A stretch of 17,497 nucleotides of DNA, from IMG/VR virus record IMGVR_UViG_2681813135_000005. One strand, written 5' to 3'. Source of the DNA: a virus. Its lineage: Duplodnaviria > Heunggongvirae > Uroviricota > Caudoviricetes. Shown here one piece after another: positions 1-7,428 of the stretch (position 1 is the first letter of the stretch; each line of letters opens with the position of its first letter). Made by a program: the position numbers and the translations under genes. Under the pieces are notes generated by a model. That model saw only the letters and a list, made by a program, of their open reading frames with translations. It ran no database searches and was not told the DNA's origin.

Positions 1-1284
1 TTACTTCTTCGCCTCTGCAACCACTTTACTACCCACGCCGCGGTTATTGTATTCCCACATGCGGTTGTAGTTAGTGTCATTCAGATTGCGCTGTATTTCG
101 TCGTTATCATCTACGCTGCCGGTATTACCCGCAAACGGACGATTAGAGATCACCGCATCGGCCCACGGTTTAGCCGTGTTAAAACCTTCGTTGATGGCGC
201 TATCACGGATCACCACCTGACCGTTGGTATTGGCATCAACATCCAGCGAGCGGCCCAGTTGCGCCACACCATCACCGAAAGCATTGAAACGGCTGTTTAC
301 GGCGAGGAAACCGTAGTAAATGTTGGACAGCGTAGCCGGTGCAAACACATACGCTTCTTGCTGAGTACGTGAGTTCACCACGCGGAATTCGGTGTTATCG
401 AACACCACTGCGCCGCGACCAGAAACGATATCCACATCCCCTTCAATGTAGCTGTTGGTCACCAGCGTACGCGGCTGACGATTCGTTTCCAGACGGTTCT
501 GCACACCGCTGTTGGTGACAAAGAAGGTGTTCTGACGACCGAGAATGTTAACGTTGTTAATCTGTACCTGGTCACCATCAGTACGCAGTGCCACCGCCGG
601 ATGGTTACCTGCATCTACGCTATCGCCCAGCGTGTTTTCGATGGTCAGATTTTGCAGTTGCAGGCCATTGTTTTGTGACCAGAAGACCGCAGAGCAGAGA
701 ACACCGATACTGTCGCTGCGTTTGCTCTGGCAGCTATCGTACATATACCACGCTGGTTTACCTGGCATATATTTGCCGCGCGGGTTGACGTCGTGACGCC
801 AGTCGGCAGGGCTCATGCCACCATCAAGGGAAAGCCCAATCTTCACATCAATCGGTTTTTCACCTGTACCGTACAGAGTAATTCCACCCGGAGCGGCAGG
901 GACATATACCGTTCCCTGATACTCACCAGGCATCACGGCAATATACTGGCGCTTGTTGGTACGCTTGATAATTGCCGCATCTACCGCCGCCTGAATCGTG
1001 GTATGCGTTACACCTTGAGTGCCCGCCGGGCCGACAACAAAGTCAGGTTGCGCAGGCAGGGTAATCGGGGAAGGATTCCACGCTGCAGCACCTGGTGTCA
1101 GGGATGCAAAATAGTGTTGAGCATCGAAATTCTGCGCTTCTTTTGCCGACAGAATCGGGCGAGAAGAGGTACCAGGCGCGGTTTGATCAGAAGGACGTTG
1201 ATCGGGCGGGGTTGAGCTACAGGCGGTCAGCGTCACGCCAAAAGCCAATGCCAGCGCCAGACGGGAAACTGAAAATGTGTTCAC
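1..1284 (-). CDS. ybhC: Lipoprotein YbhC (pectinesterase-like acyl-CoA thioesterase), host gene bordering attB-lambda
   Basis: Complete 427-aa ORF (ATG at 1284, TAA at 3..1). N-terminus has a signal peptide with lipobox LTAC. Sequence recognised from memory as E. coli YbhC, the gene next to the lambda attachment site. Confidence 0.85.
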   Translation of the reverse strand: MNTFSVSRLALALAFGVTLTACSSTPPDQRPSDQTAPGTSSRPILSAKEAQNFDAQHYFASLTPGAAAWNPSPITLPAQPDFVVGPAGTQGVTHTTIQAAVDAAIIKRTNKRQYIAVMPGEYQGTVYVPAAPGGITLYGTGEKPIDVKIGLSLDGGMSPADWRHDVNPRGKYMPGKPAWYMYDSCQSKRSDSIGVLCSAVFWSQNNGLQLQNLTIENTLGDSVDAGNHPAVALRTDGDQVQINNVNILGRQNTFFVTNSGVQNRLETNRQPRTLVTNSYIEGDVDIVSGRGAVVFDNTEFRVVNSRTQQEAYVFAPATLSNIYYGFLAVNSRFNAFGDGVAQLGRSLDVDANTNGQVVIRDSAINEGFNTAKPWADAVISNRPFAGNTGSVDDNDEIQRNLNDTNYNRMWEYNNRGVGSKVVAEAKK

Positions 1285-1325
1285 AGGTTGCTCCGGGCTA
1301 TGAAATAGAAAAATGAATCCGTTGA

Positions 1326-1418
1326 AGCCTGCTTTTTTATACTAAGTTGGCATTATAAAAAAGCATTGCTTATCAATTTGTTGCAACGAACAGGTCACTA
1401 TCAGTCAAAATAAAATCA
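1326..1418. other. attL: Lambda attL: 15-bp core GCTTTTTTATACTAA (1331-1345) plus P' arm with Int arm-type and IHF sites
   Basis: Exact lambda core sequence read in the window. The following GTTGGCATTATAAAAAAGCATTGCTTATCAATTTGTTGCAACGAACAGGTCACTATCAGTCAAAATAAAATCATTATTTG is the well-known lambda P' arm, the same sequence used in Gateway attL/attP sites. Confidence 0.9.
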
Positions 1419-2489
1419 TTATTTGATTTCAATTTTGTCCCACTCCCTGCCTCTGTCATCACGATACTGTGATGCCATGGTGTCCGACTTATGCCCGAGA
1501 AGATGTTGAGCAAACTTATCGCTTATCTGCTTCTCATAGAGTCTTGCAGACAAACTGCGCAACTCGTGAAAGGTAGGCGGATCCCCTTCGAAGGAAAGAC
1601 CTGATGCTTTTCGTGCGCGCATAAAATACCTTGATACTGTGCCGGATGAAAGCGGTTCGCGACGAGTAGATGCAATTATGGTTTCTCCGCCAAGAATCTC
1701 TTTGCATTTATCAAGTGTTTCCTTCATTGATATCCCGAGAGCATCAACATGCAATGTTGTTGGGATGGCAATTTTTACGCCTGTTTTGCTTTGCTCGACA
1801 TAAAGATATCCATCTACGATATCAGACCACTTCATTTCGCATAAATCACCAACTCGTTGCCCGGTAACAACAGCCAGTTCCATTGCAAGTCTGAGCCAAC
1901 ATGGTGATGATTCTGCTGCTTGATAAATTTTCAGGTATTCGTCAGCCGTAAGTCTTGATCTCCTTACCTCTGATTTTGCTGCGCGAGTGGCAGCGACAGG
2001 GTTTGTTGTTATATGGCCTTCAGCTATTGCCTCTCGGAATGCATCGCTCAGTGTTGATCTGATTAACTTGGCTGACGCCGCCTTGCCCTCGTCTATGTAT
2101 CCATTGAGCATTGCCGCAATTTCTTTTGTGGTGATGTCTTCAAGTGGAGCATCAGGCAGACCCCTCCTTATTGCTTTAATTTTGCTCATGTAATTTATGA
2201 GTGTCTTCTGCTTGATTCCTCTGCTGGCCAGGATTTTTTCGTAGCGATCAAGCCATGAATGTAACGTAACGGAATTATCACTGTTGATTCTCGCTGTCAG
2301 AGGCTTGTGTTTGTGTCCTGAAAATAACTCAATGTTGGCCTGTATAGCTTCAGTGATTGCGATTCGCCTGTCTCGGCCTAATCCAAACTCTTTACCCGTC
2401 CTTGGGTCCCTGTAGCAGTAATATCCATTGTTTCTTATATAAAGGTTAGGGGGTAAATCCCGGCGCTCATGACTTCGCCTTCTTCCCAT
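1419..2489 (-). CDS. int: Lambda-type integrase (tyrosine recombinase)
   Basis: 356-aa ORF beginning MGRRRSHERRDLPPNLYIRNNGYYCYRDPRTGKEFGLGRDRRIAITEAIQANIELF, recognised as phage lambda Int. Lies directly beside the P' arm of attL and overlaps xis as in lambda. Confidence 0.95.
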   Translation of the reverse strand: MGRRRSHERRDLPPNLYIRNNGYYCYRDPRTGKEFGLGRDRRIAITEAIQANIELFSGHKHKPLTARINSDNSVTLHSWLDRYEKILASRGIKQKTLINYMSKIKAIRRGLPDAPLEDITTKEIAAMLNGYIDEGKAASAKLIRSTLSDAFREAIAEGHITTNPVAATRAAKSEVRRSRLTADEYLKIYQAAESSPCWLRLAMELAVVTGQRVGDLCEMKWSDIVDGYLYVEQSKTGVKIAIPTTLHVDALGISMKETLDKCKEILGGETIIASTRREPLSSGTVSRYFMRARKASGLSFEGDPPTFHELRSLSARLYEKQISDKFAQHLLGHKSDTMASQYRDDRGREWDKIEIK

Positions 2490-2685
2490 TTCTGATCCTC
2501 TTCAAAAGGCTACCTGTTACTGGTCGATTTAAGTCAACCTTTACCGCTGATTCGTGGAACAGATATTCTCTTCCATCCTTAACCGGAGGAGGGAATATCC
2601 TGCATTCGCGCACCCATCGACGAACTGTTTCAAGGCTTCTTGGGCGTCGCTGGCGAGCGTTCCACTCCTGAAGTGTCAAGTACAT
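2467..2685 (-). CDS. xis: Lambda-type excisionase
   Basis: 72-aa ORF MYLTLQEWNARQRRPRSLETVRRWVRECRIFPPPVKDGREYLFHESAVKVDLNRPV..., matching lambda Xis in sequence and length. 3' end overlaps the int start. Confidence 0.9.
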   Translation of the reverse strand: MYLTLQEWNARQRRPRSLETVRRWVRECRIFPPPVKDGREYLFHESAVKVDLNRPVTGSLLKRIRNGKKAKS

Positions 2686-2703
2686 CGCAAAGTCTCCGCA
2701 ATT

Positions 2704-2723
2704 ACACGCAAGAAAAAACCGCC
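2704..2723 (-). terminator. Intrinsic terminator-like hairpin immediately upstream of xis (minus-strand sense)
   Basis: Top strand AAAAAA-CCGCC-ATCA-GGCGG. On the minus strand this is a GC-rich 5-bp stem with 4-nt loop followed by a run of six T. Confidence 0.5.
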
Positions 2724-2905
2724 ATCAGGCGGCTTGGTGTTCTTTCAGTTCTTCAATTCGAATATTGGTTACGTCTGCATGTGCTATCTGCGCCCACAGC
2801 ATCCAGTGGTCATAGCAGTCGCTGATGTTCTCGGCTTCGATAACTCTGTTGAATGGTTCTCCATTCTATTCACCTGTGACTCGGAAGTGCATTTATCATC
2901 TCCAT

Positions 2906-2960
2906 AAAAAAACTCGCCGTAGCGAGTTCAGATAAAAGAAATCCTCGTCAGTGCGAGGAT
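2906..2960 (-). terminator. Tandem intrinsic terminator hairpins (minus-strand sense)
   Basis: Hairpin ATCCTCG-TCAGTG-CGAGGAT (2941-2960) followed on the minus strand by TTCTTTTATC. Hairpin AACTCGC-CGTA-GCGAGTT (2911-2928) followed on the minus strand by TTTTTTT (top-strand A-run 2906-2910). Confidence 0.55.
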
Positions 2961-3132
2961 GCTGTTCATTGCTGCTATACACTTTTTTGCTCTCAACGTA
3001 AGCGGTAGCCCATTCTGTTGGGTTGGTGCAGTTGCTTTTAGGAAATGCTATTTACCCCTTAAATGTCGGCTGAAAGAGCTAAAATCCATGCAAAAAATTT
3101 ACGCAATTTTGTGTATTATTGTGCAGTAAGTA

Positions 3133-3735
3133 ATGAGCTATTTTCTGCGCAAAAAATGGATGGTAAATTTGTCCGGGTCAGGAAAAATTTTATGGGCGCT
3201 AAACATGAAAAAAGATTCGTATCCTTATTTGATTTGCATGACAGTTTCAGGGCTGATCTTTATTTTCCTTTTCTTCTGGTGGCGGGCAGATATCTACAGG
3301 GTCACGTTTCTTAATCAGAGTATATCCCACTATTACATTCTGTTTAGCATGGGAATAGCTTTTCTGTTATCTCTGTTTTGGGTTAAGAAGGGGATAGTAA
3401 AACAAAGCGGCTGGAAGAGTCTGTCAGCATACCTTAAGGTTTATGCAGGGATGTGCATATTTGCTGGATTTTTTCTGATTATACCCCTTACGACACTAAC
3501 TTATTTTTTGCCTGGAGAGACATCGTCTTACGTTGCACCGTATCGGTATACTTCCGGTAGTTCAAAAAGTTGTTCTGGAGCTGAGGTGGATGACCCCGAT
3601 CTACATGAGAATATTCGCATTTGCTATCCGTATGGCAATTATGAGTACGATAATATTATCTATGTTGAAAAGAAAATTAATATATTAGGTGCGGTAGTGA
3701 CATATGCACAGACCGCGCGTGATGATACTGAATGA
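3133..3735 (+). CDS. Hypothetical multi-pass membrane protein (AT-rich accessory gene in the ea/b-region position)
   Basis: 200-aa ORF on the strand opposite int/xis. Long hydrophobic segments (LICMTVSGLIFIFLFFWW, ILFSMGIAFLLSLFWV, AGMCIFAGFFLIIPLTTLTYFL) and a hydrophilic C-terminal domain. Visibly AT-rich. The true start may be an internal ATG at 3160 or 3205 (MKKDSYPYL...); no strong SD at any candidate. Confidence 0.6.
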   Translation: MSYFLRKKWMVNLSGSGKILWALNMKKDSYPYLICMTVSGLIFIFLFFWWRADIYRVTFLNQSISHYYILFSMGIAFLLSLFWVKKGIVKQSGWKSLSAYLKVYAGMCIFAGFFLIIPLTTLTYFLPGETSSYVAPYRYTSGSSKSCSGAEVDDPDLHENIRICYPYGNYEYDNIIYVEKKINILGAVVTYAQTARDDTE

Positions 3736-3769
3736 TATAGTATATAGCGGGCAAGTTTTAGTTAATTTA

Positions 3770-3806
3770 TCGAGGTAATATAATTTACCTCGACTCGTTT
3801 GTTCTG
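3770..3806 (+). terminator. Putative intrinsic terminator downstream of the membrane-protein gene
   Basis: Inverted repeat TCGAGGTAA-TATAAT-TTACCTCGA followed by T-rich CTCGTTTGTTCTGG. Confidence 0.4.
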
Positions 3807-3945
3807 GTATTAATATTTCGCTTTACGACCGATTTTTATCTGATGATATCATGCGGTTTTCATATACTGACTTACTGTCTTTTCTCCGTTAGCGATTTTC
3901 TCCTGCTCAGCGATGATTTTATCTTTGGCTTCTAGTTAATTTCGC

Positions 3946-4167
3946 TCACTTCGAACCTCTCTGTTTACTGATAAGCTCCAGATCTTGCTGGCAACTGGCA
4001 CAAGTCCGACAACCCTGAACGGCCAGTCGTCTTCGTTCATCTATCGGATCGCCACACTCACAACAATGAGTGGCAGATATAGCCTGGTGGTTCAGGCGGC
4101 GCATTTTTATTGCTGTGTTGCGCTGTAATTCTTCAATTTCTGATGCTGAATCAATTATGTCTGCCAT
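3946..4167 (-). CDS. DksA/TraR-family C4 zinc-finger protein (phage-encoded)
   Basis: 73-aa ORF with CxxC...17 residues...CxxC (CCECGDPIDERRRLAVQGCRTCASC), the hallmark of the TraR/DksA zinc-finger family. Confidence 0.75.
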   Translation of the reverse strand: MADIIDSASEIEELQRNTAIKMRRLNHQAISATHCCECGDPIDERRRLAVQGCRTCASCQQDLELISKQRGSK

Positions 4168-4221
4168 CTTTCATTAATCCCTGAATTGTTGGTTAATACG
4201 CTTGAGGGTGAATGCGAATAA

Positions 4222-4243
4222 TAAAAAAGGAGCCTGTAGCTCC
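4222..4243 (-). terminator. Intrinsic terminator (minus-strand sense) at the end of the leftward early operon
   Basis: Top strand AAAAAA-GGAGC-CTGTA-GCTCC. On the minus strand this is stem GGAGC/GCTCC followed by TTTTTTATT; it lies just downstream of the ORF ending at 4266. Confidence 0.6.
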
Positions 4244-4265
4244 CTGATGATTTTGCTTTTCATGT

Positions 4266-4481
4266 TCACCGTTCCTTAAAGACGCCGTTCAACATGCCGA
4301 TCGCCAGGCTTAAATGAGTCGGTGTGAATCCCATCAGCGTTACCGTTTCGCGGTGCTTCTTTAGTACGCTACGGCAAATGTCATCGACGTTTTTATCCGG
4401 AAACTGCTGTCTGGCTTTTTTGATTTCAGAATTAGCCTGACGGGCAATGCTGCGAAGGGCGTTTTCTTGCTGAGGTGTCAT
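4266..4481 (-). CDS. Small early-left protein (lambda orf60a/orf63/orf61-region family)
   Basis: 71-aa product MTPQQENALRSIARQANSEIKKARQQFPDKNVDDICRSVLKKHRETVTLMGFTPTHLSLAIGMLNGVFKER starting at the ATG at 4481. The longer 93-aa reading from 4547 is less likely. Position matches the small ORFs between exo and xis in lambda. Confidence 0.55.
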   Translation of the reverse strand: MTPQQENALRSIARQANSEIKKARQQFPDKNVDDICRSVLKKHRETVTLMGFTPTHLSLAIGMLNGVFKER

Positions 4482-4561
4482 TGAACAAGCCCCATGTCGG
4501 CAAGCATAAGCACACAGAATATGAAGCCCGCTGCCAGAAAAATGCATTCAGTGGTTGTCAT
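4478..4561 (-). CDS. Putative 27-aa hydrophobic micro-protein, translationally coupled on both sides
   Basis: ORF MTTTECIFLAAGFIFCVLMLADMGLVQ. Its ATG overlaps the stop of the upstream ORF (ATGA at 4561-4558) and its TGA overlaps the ATG of the downstream ORF (ATGA at 4481-4478). Below the ORF-track size cut-off. Confidence 0.3.
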   Translation of the reverse strand: MTTTECIFLAAGFIFCVLMLADMGLVQ

Positions 4562-4749
4562 ACCTGGTCTCTCTCATCTGCTTCTGCTTTCGCCACCATC
4601 ATTTCCAGCTTTTGTGAAAGGGATGCGGCTAACGTATGAAATTCTTCGTCTGTTTCTACTGGTATTGGCACAAACCTGACTCCAATTTGAGCGAGGCTAT
4701 GTGCCATCTCGATACTCGTTCTTAATTCAACGGGAGATGCTTTGTGCAT
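4558..4749 (-). CDS. Small early-left protein (lambda orf63-like)
   Basis: 63-aa [40 protein letters not shown]..., in the exo-proximal small-ORF cluster as in lambda. Confidence 0.6.
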   Translation of the reverse strand: MHKASPVELRTSIEMAHSLAQIGVRFVPIPVETDEEFHTLAASLSQKLEMMVAKAEADERDQV

Positions 4750-4910
4750 ACAGCTCCCCGTTTATTATTTATCTCCTCAGCCAGCCGCTGGGCTTTCAGC
4801 GGATTTCGGATAACAGAAAGGCCGGGAAATACCCAGCCTCGCTTTGTAACGGAGTAGACGAAAGTGATCGCGCCTACCCGGATATTATCGTGAGGATGCT
4901 TCATTGCCAT
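4722..4910 (-). CDS. Small early-left protein (lambda orf61-like)
   Basis: 62-aa [34 protein letters not shown]... with SD GGGAG 4 nt upstream of the ATG. Start overlaps the exo stop. Confidence 0.6.
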   Translation of the reverse strand: MAMKHPHDNIRVGAITFVYSVTKRGWVFPGLSVIRNPLKAQRLAEEINNKRGAVCTKHLPLN

Positions 4911-5581
4911 TGCTCCCCATATACAAAACCAATTTCAGCCAGTGCCTCGTCCATTTTTTCGATGAACTCCGGCACCATCTCGTCAAAACTCGCCATGTAC
5001 TTTTCATTCCGCTCAACCACGACGTAATGCAGGCCTTCACGCTTCATGCGCGGGTCATAGTTGGCAAAGTACCAGGCATCTTTTCGCGTCACCCACATGC
5101 TGTACTGCACCTGGGCCATGTAAGCCGATTTTATTGCCTCGAAACCACCGAGCCGGAATTTCATGAAATCCCGGGAGGTAAACGGGCATTTCAGTTCAAG
5201 GCCGTTGCCGTCACTGCATAAACCATCGGGAGAGCAGGCGGTGCGCATATTTTCGTCGCGATAGATGATCGGGGATTCAGTAATATTCACGCCGGAAGTG
5301 AATTCAAACAGGGTTCTGGCGTCGTTCTCGTACTGTTTTCCCCAGGCCAGCGCCTTAGCATTAACTTCCGGAGCCACACCGGTGCAAACCTCAGCCAGCA
5401 GGGTGTGGAAGTAGGACATTTTCATGTCAGGCCACTTCTTTCCTGAGCGGGGCTTTGCTATCACGTTGTGAACTTCTGAAGCGGTGATGACGCCGAGCCG
5501 TAATTTGTGCCATGCATCATCCCCCTGTTCGACAACTCTCACGTCGATCCCGGTACGCTGCAGGATAATGTCCGGTGTCAT
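4901..5581 (-). CDS. exo: Lambda exonuclease (Red-alpha)
   Basis: 226-aa [68 protein letters not shown]..., recognised as lambda Exo. Overlaps bet by ATGA. Confidence 0.95.
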   Translation of the reverse strand: MTPDIILQRTGIDVRVVEQGDDAWHKLRLGVITASEVHNVIAKPRSGKKWPDMKMSYFHTLLAEVCTGVAPEVNAKALAWGKQYENDARTLFEFTSGVNITESPIIYRDENMRTACSPDGLCSDGNGLELKCPFTSRDFMKFRLGGFEAIKSAYMAQVQYSMWVTRKDAWYFANYDPRMKREGLHYVVVERNEKYMASFDEMVPEFIEKMDEALAEIGFVYGEQWQ

Positions 5582-6363
5582 GCTGCCACCTTCTGCTCAG
5601 TGGCTTTCTGTTTAAGGAATCCAAGAGCTTTCACTGCTTCGGCCTGTGTCAGTTCTGACGATGCGCGAATGTCGCGGCGAAATATCTGGGAACAGAGCGG
5701 CAATAAGTCGTCATCCCATGTTTTATCCAGGGCGATCAGCAGAGTGTTAATCTCCTGCATGGTTTCATCGTTAACCGGAGTGATGTCGCGTTCCGGCTGA
5801 CGTTCTGCAGTGTATGCAGTATTTTCGACAATGCGCTCGGCTTCATCCTTGTCATAGATACCAGCAAATCCGAAGGCCAGACGGGCACACTGAATCATGG
5901 CTTTATGCCGTAACATCCGTTTGGGATGCGACTGCCACGGCCCCGTGATTTCTCTGCCTTCGCGGGTTTTGAATGGTTCGCGGCGGCATTCATCCATCCA
6001 CTCGGTAACGCAGATCGGATGATTGCGGTCTTTGCGGTAAATCCGGCATGTGCAGGATTCGTTGTCCTGTTCAAAGTCCATGCCGTCAAACTGCTGGTTT
6101 TCGTTGATGATGCGGGACCAGCCATCAACGCCCACCACCGGAACGATGCCGTTCTGCTTATCAGGGAAGGCGTAAATTTCTTTCGTCCACGGATTAAGAC
6201 CGTACTGGTTGGCGACGATCAGCAATGCGATGAACTGCGCATCGCTGGCATCACCTTTAAATGCCGTCTGGCGAAGAGTGGTGATCAGTTCCTGTGGGTC
6301 GACAGAATCCATGCCGACTCGTTCAGCCAGCTTCCCAGCCAGCGTTGCGAGTGCTGTACTCAT
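5578..6363 (-). CDS. bet: Lambda Bet (Red-beta single-strand annealing protein)
   Basis: 261-aa [69 protein letters not shown]..., recognised as lambda Bet. Confidence 0.95.
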   Translation of the reverse strand: MSTALATLAGKLAERVGMDSVDPQELITTLRQTAFKGDASDAQFIALLIVANQYGLNPWTKEIYAFPDKQNGIVPVVGVDGWSRIINENQQFDGMDFEQDNESCTCRIYRKDRNHPICVTEWMDECRREPFKTREGREITGPWQSHPKRMLRHKAMIQCARLAFGFAGIYDKDEAERIVENTAYTAERQPERDITPVNDETMQEINTLLIALDKTWDDDLLPLCSQIFRRDIRASSELTQAEAVKALGFLKQKATEQKVAA

Positions 6364-6368
6364 CCGTT

Positions 6369-6665
6369 TTATACCTCTGAATCAATATCAACCTGGTGGT
6401 GAGCAATGGTTTCAACCATGTACCGGATGTGTTCTGCCATGCGCTCCTGAAACTCAACATCGTCATCAAACGCACGGGTAATGGCTTTTTTGCTGACCCC
6501 GTGGCGTTGCAAATGATCGATGCATAGCGATTCAAACAGGTGCTGGGGCAGGCCTTTTTCCATGTCGTCTGCCAGTTCTGCCTCTTTCTCTTCACGGGCG
6601 ATCTGCTGGTAGTGACGCGCCCAGCTCTGAGCCTCAAGACGATCCTGAATGTAATAAGCGTTCAT
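6369..6665 (-). CDS. gam: Lambda Gam (RecBCD inhibitor), short GamS form
   Basis: 98-aa [59 protein letters not shown]..., matching the C-terminal 98 residues of lambda Gam. The upstream in-frame sequence contains stop codons. Confidence 0.9.
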   Translation of the reverse strand: MNAYYIQDRLEAQSWARHYQQIAREEKEAELADDMEKGLPQHLFESLCIDHLQRHGVSKKAITRAFDDDVEFQERMAEHIRYMVETIAHHQVDIDSEV

Positions 6666-6740
6666 GGCTGAACTCCTGAAAATGGCTGTGAAAATATCGC
6701 CCGCGAAATGCCAGGCTGATTAGGAAAACAGGAAAGGGGA

Positions 6741-7031
6741 TTAGTGATTCAGGCCGTTACCGCGTCCGTCGAGAAAAACTTCTACGAGCAAATCACGGGT
6801 ATAAGTGCGCTCGATGCCGCGATGCAGATAAAGCCGTCCGCGTAAATTAGCTGATGCAGTCCAGGTACCATCTTTGTGTTTGACCAGCATTCCTGGCATG
6901 ACCGCACCGCGATTAACGGTCTGCGTTCCGTAATGTTGATGAACCATAAAAACTCCTGCCCGTAAGCTGGGCTGCTGAACATATAGAGACTTCTGCGCGT
7001 ATTCAGGCGGTGGATGGCCGCCGGTTGTCAT
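6741..7031 (-). CDS. Hypothetical early protein, first ORF of the leftward (pL-like) operon, in the kil/cIII position
   Basis: 96-aa reading from the ATG at 7031 ([20 protein letters not shown]...[15 protein letters not shown]) with GAGGCGG upstream. The ORF track extends it to a TTG at 7151 (136 aa); that extension carries an Arg-rich stretch RLRGVRGVKRTRERR. Function not recognised. Confidence 0.4.
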   Translation of the reverse strand: MTTGGHPPPEYAQKSLYVQQPSLRAGVFMVHQHYGTQTVNRGAVMPGMLVKHKDGTWTASANLRGRLYLHRGIERTYTRDLLVEVFLDGRGNGLNH

Positions 7032-7151
7032 AACTAAGCCGCCTCGTTGAAGCGACTGAGGTATAAAGTGTTGTGTTGATTTCAGCTGGTCACACCGACG
7101 TTCACGCGTCCGTTTCACCCCTCGCACTCCCCGAAGCCTGCTGAAATTCAA

Positions 7152-7310
7152 ACTGCGGATCTAAGCGGTCATCGCAACGGTGAAACAGGTGGTTACCGTA
7201 TCGTTGTGTCGTTGCGATGAATTTAATTTAAAACTATAGTTGTTTTATCGTCAACAACAAAAGTTGTTTTGTCGGTTGTTTTAAATATAACTGGTTGTAT
7301 TTAGGATGGA
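7152..7310 (-). promoter_or_regulatory. Leftward early promoter (pL-like) with OL-like operator repeats and a structured 5' leader
   Basis: Minus-strand TTGACG (7254-7249), 17-nt spacer, TTAAAT (7231-7226). Repeated AACAAC/GTTGTT-containing sites (AAAACTATAGTTGTTTT, CAACAAAAGTTGTTTT, CGGTTGTTTT, CTGGTTGTATTT). 10-bp perfect inverted repeat CATCGCAACG...CGTTGCGATG (7170-7219) begins at the predicted transcript start. Confidence 0.5.
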
Positions 7311-7393
7311 TTTATTTTGTGACTTGCATCGCATAGCGATAACTGAAGTGAGGTGTGGTGGTTTTTTGGACGGTATGAGTTATGAGGGGGAGG

Positions 7394-7420
7394 AAAAGAA
7401 AACCCGGCGCGGTTGCCGGG
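7394..7420 (-). terminator. Intrinsic terminator after the immunity-region lipoprotein gene
   Basis: Top strand AAAAGAAAA-CCCGGC-GCGGTT-GCCGGG. On the minus strand this is a GC-rich stem followed by TTTTCTTTT, placed 9 nt after the lipoprotein stop codon. Confidence 0.7.
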
Positions 7421-7428
7421 TATGATTA

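Noticed and set aside
545-1316. Four plus-strand ORFs (66-140 aa) inside ybhC
   Set aside because: They are antisense to a recognised, complete host gene and show biased, low-complexity composition (Arg/Cys-rich). Judged chance frames.
3063-3314. 83-aa plus-strand ORF in an alternative frame overlapping the membrane-protein gene start
   Set aside because: No hydrophobic or domain signature and no SD. The overlapping frame with transmembrane segments is the more plausible gene.
5895-6637. ORFs overlapping bet and gam on either strand
   Set aside because: They are embedded in well-recognised lambda Red genes and are frame artefacts of GC-rich coding sequence.
6666-6780. Long (138-aa) form of Gam
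   Set aside because: Stop codons lie in frame upstream of the gam ATG; the GamL-like sequence is in a different frame.
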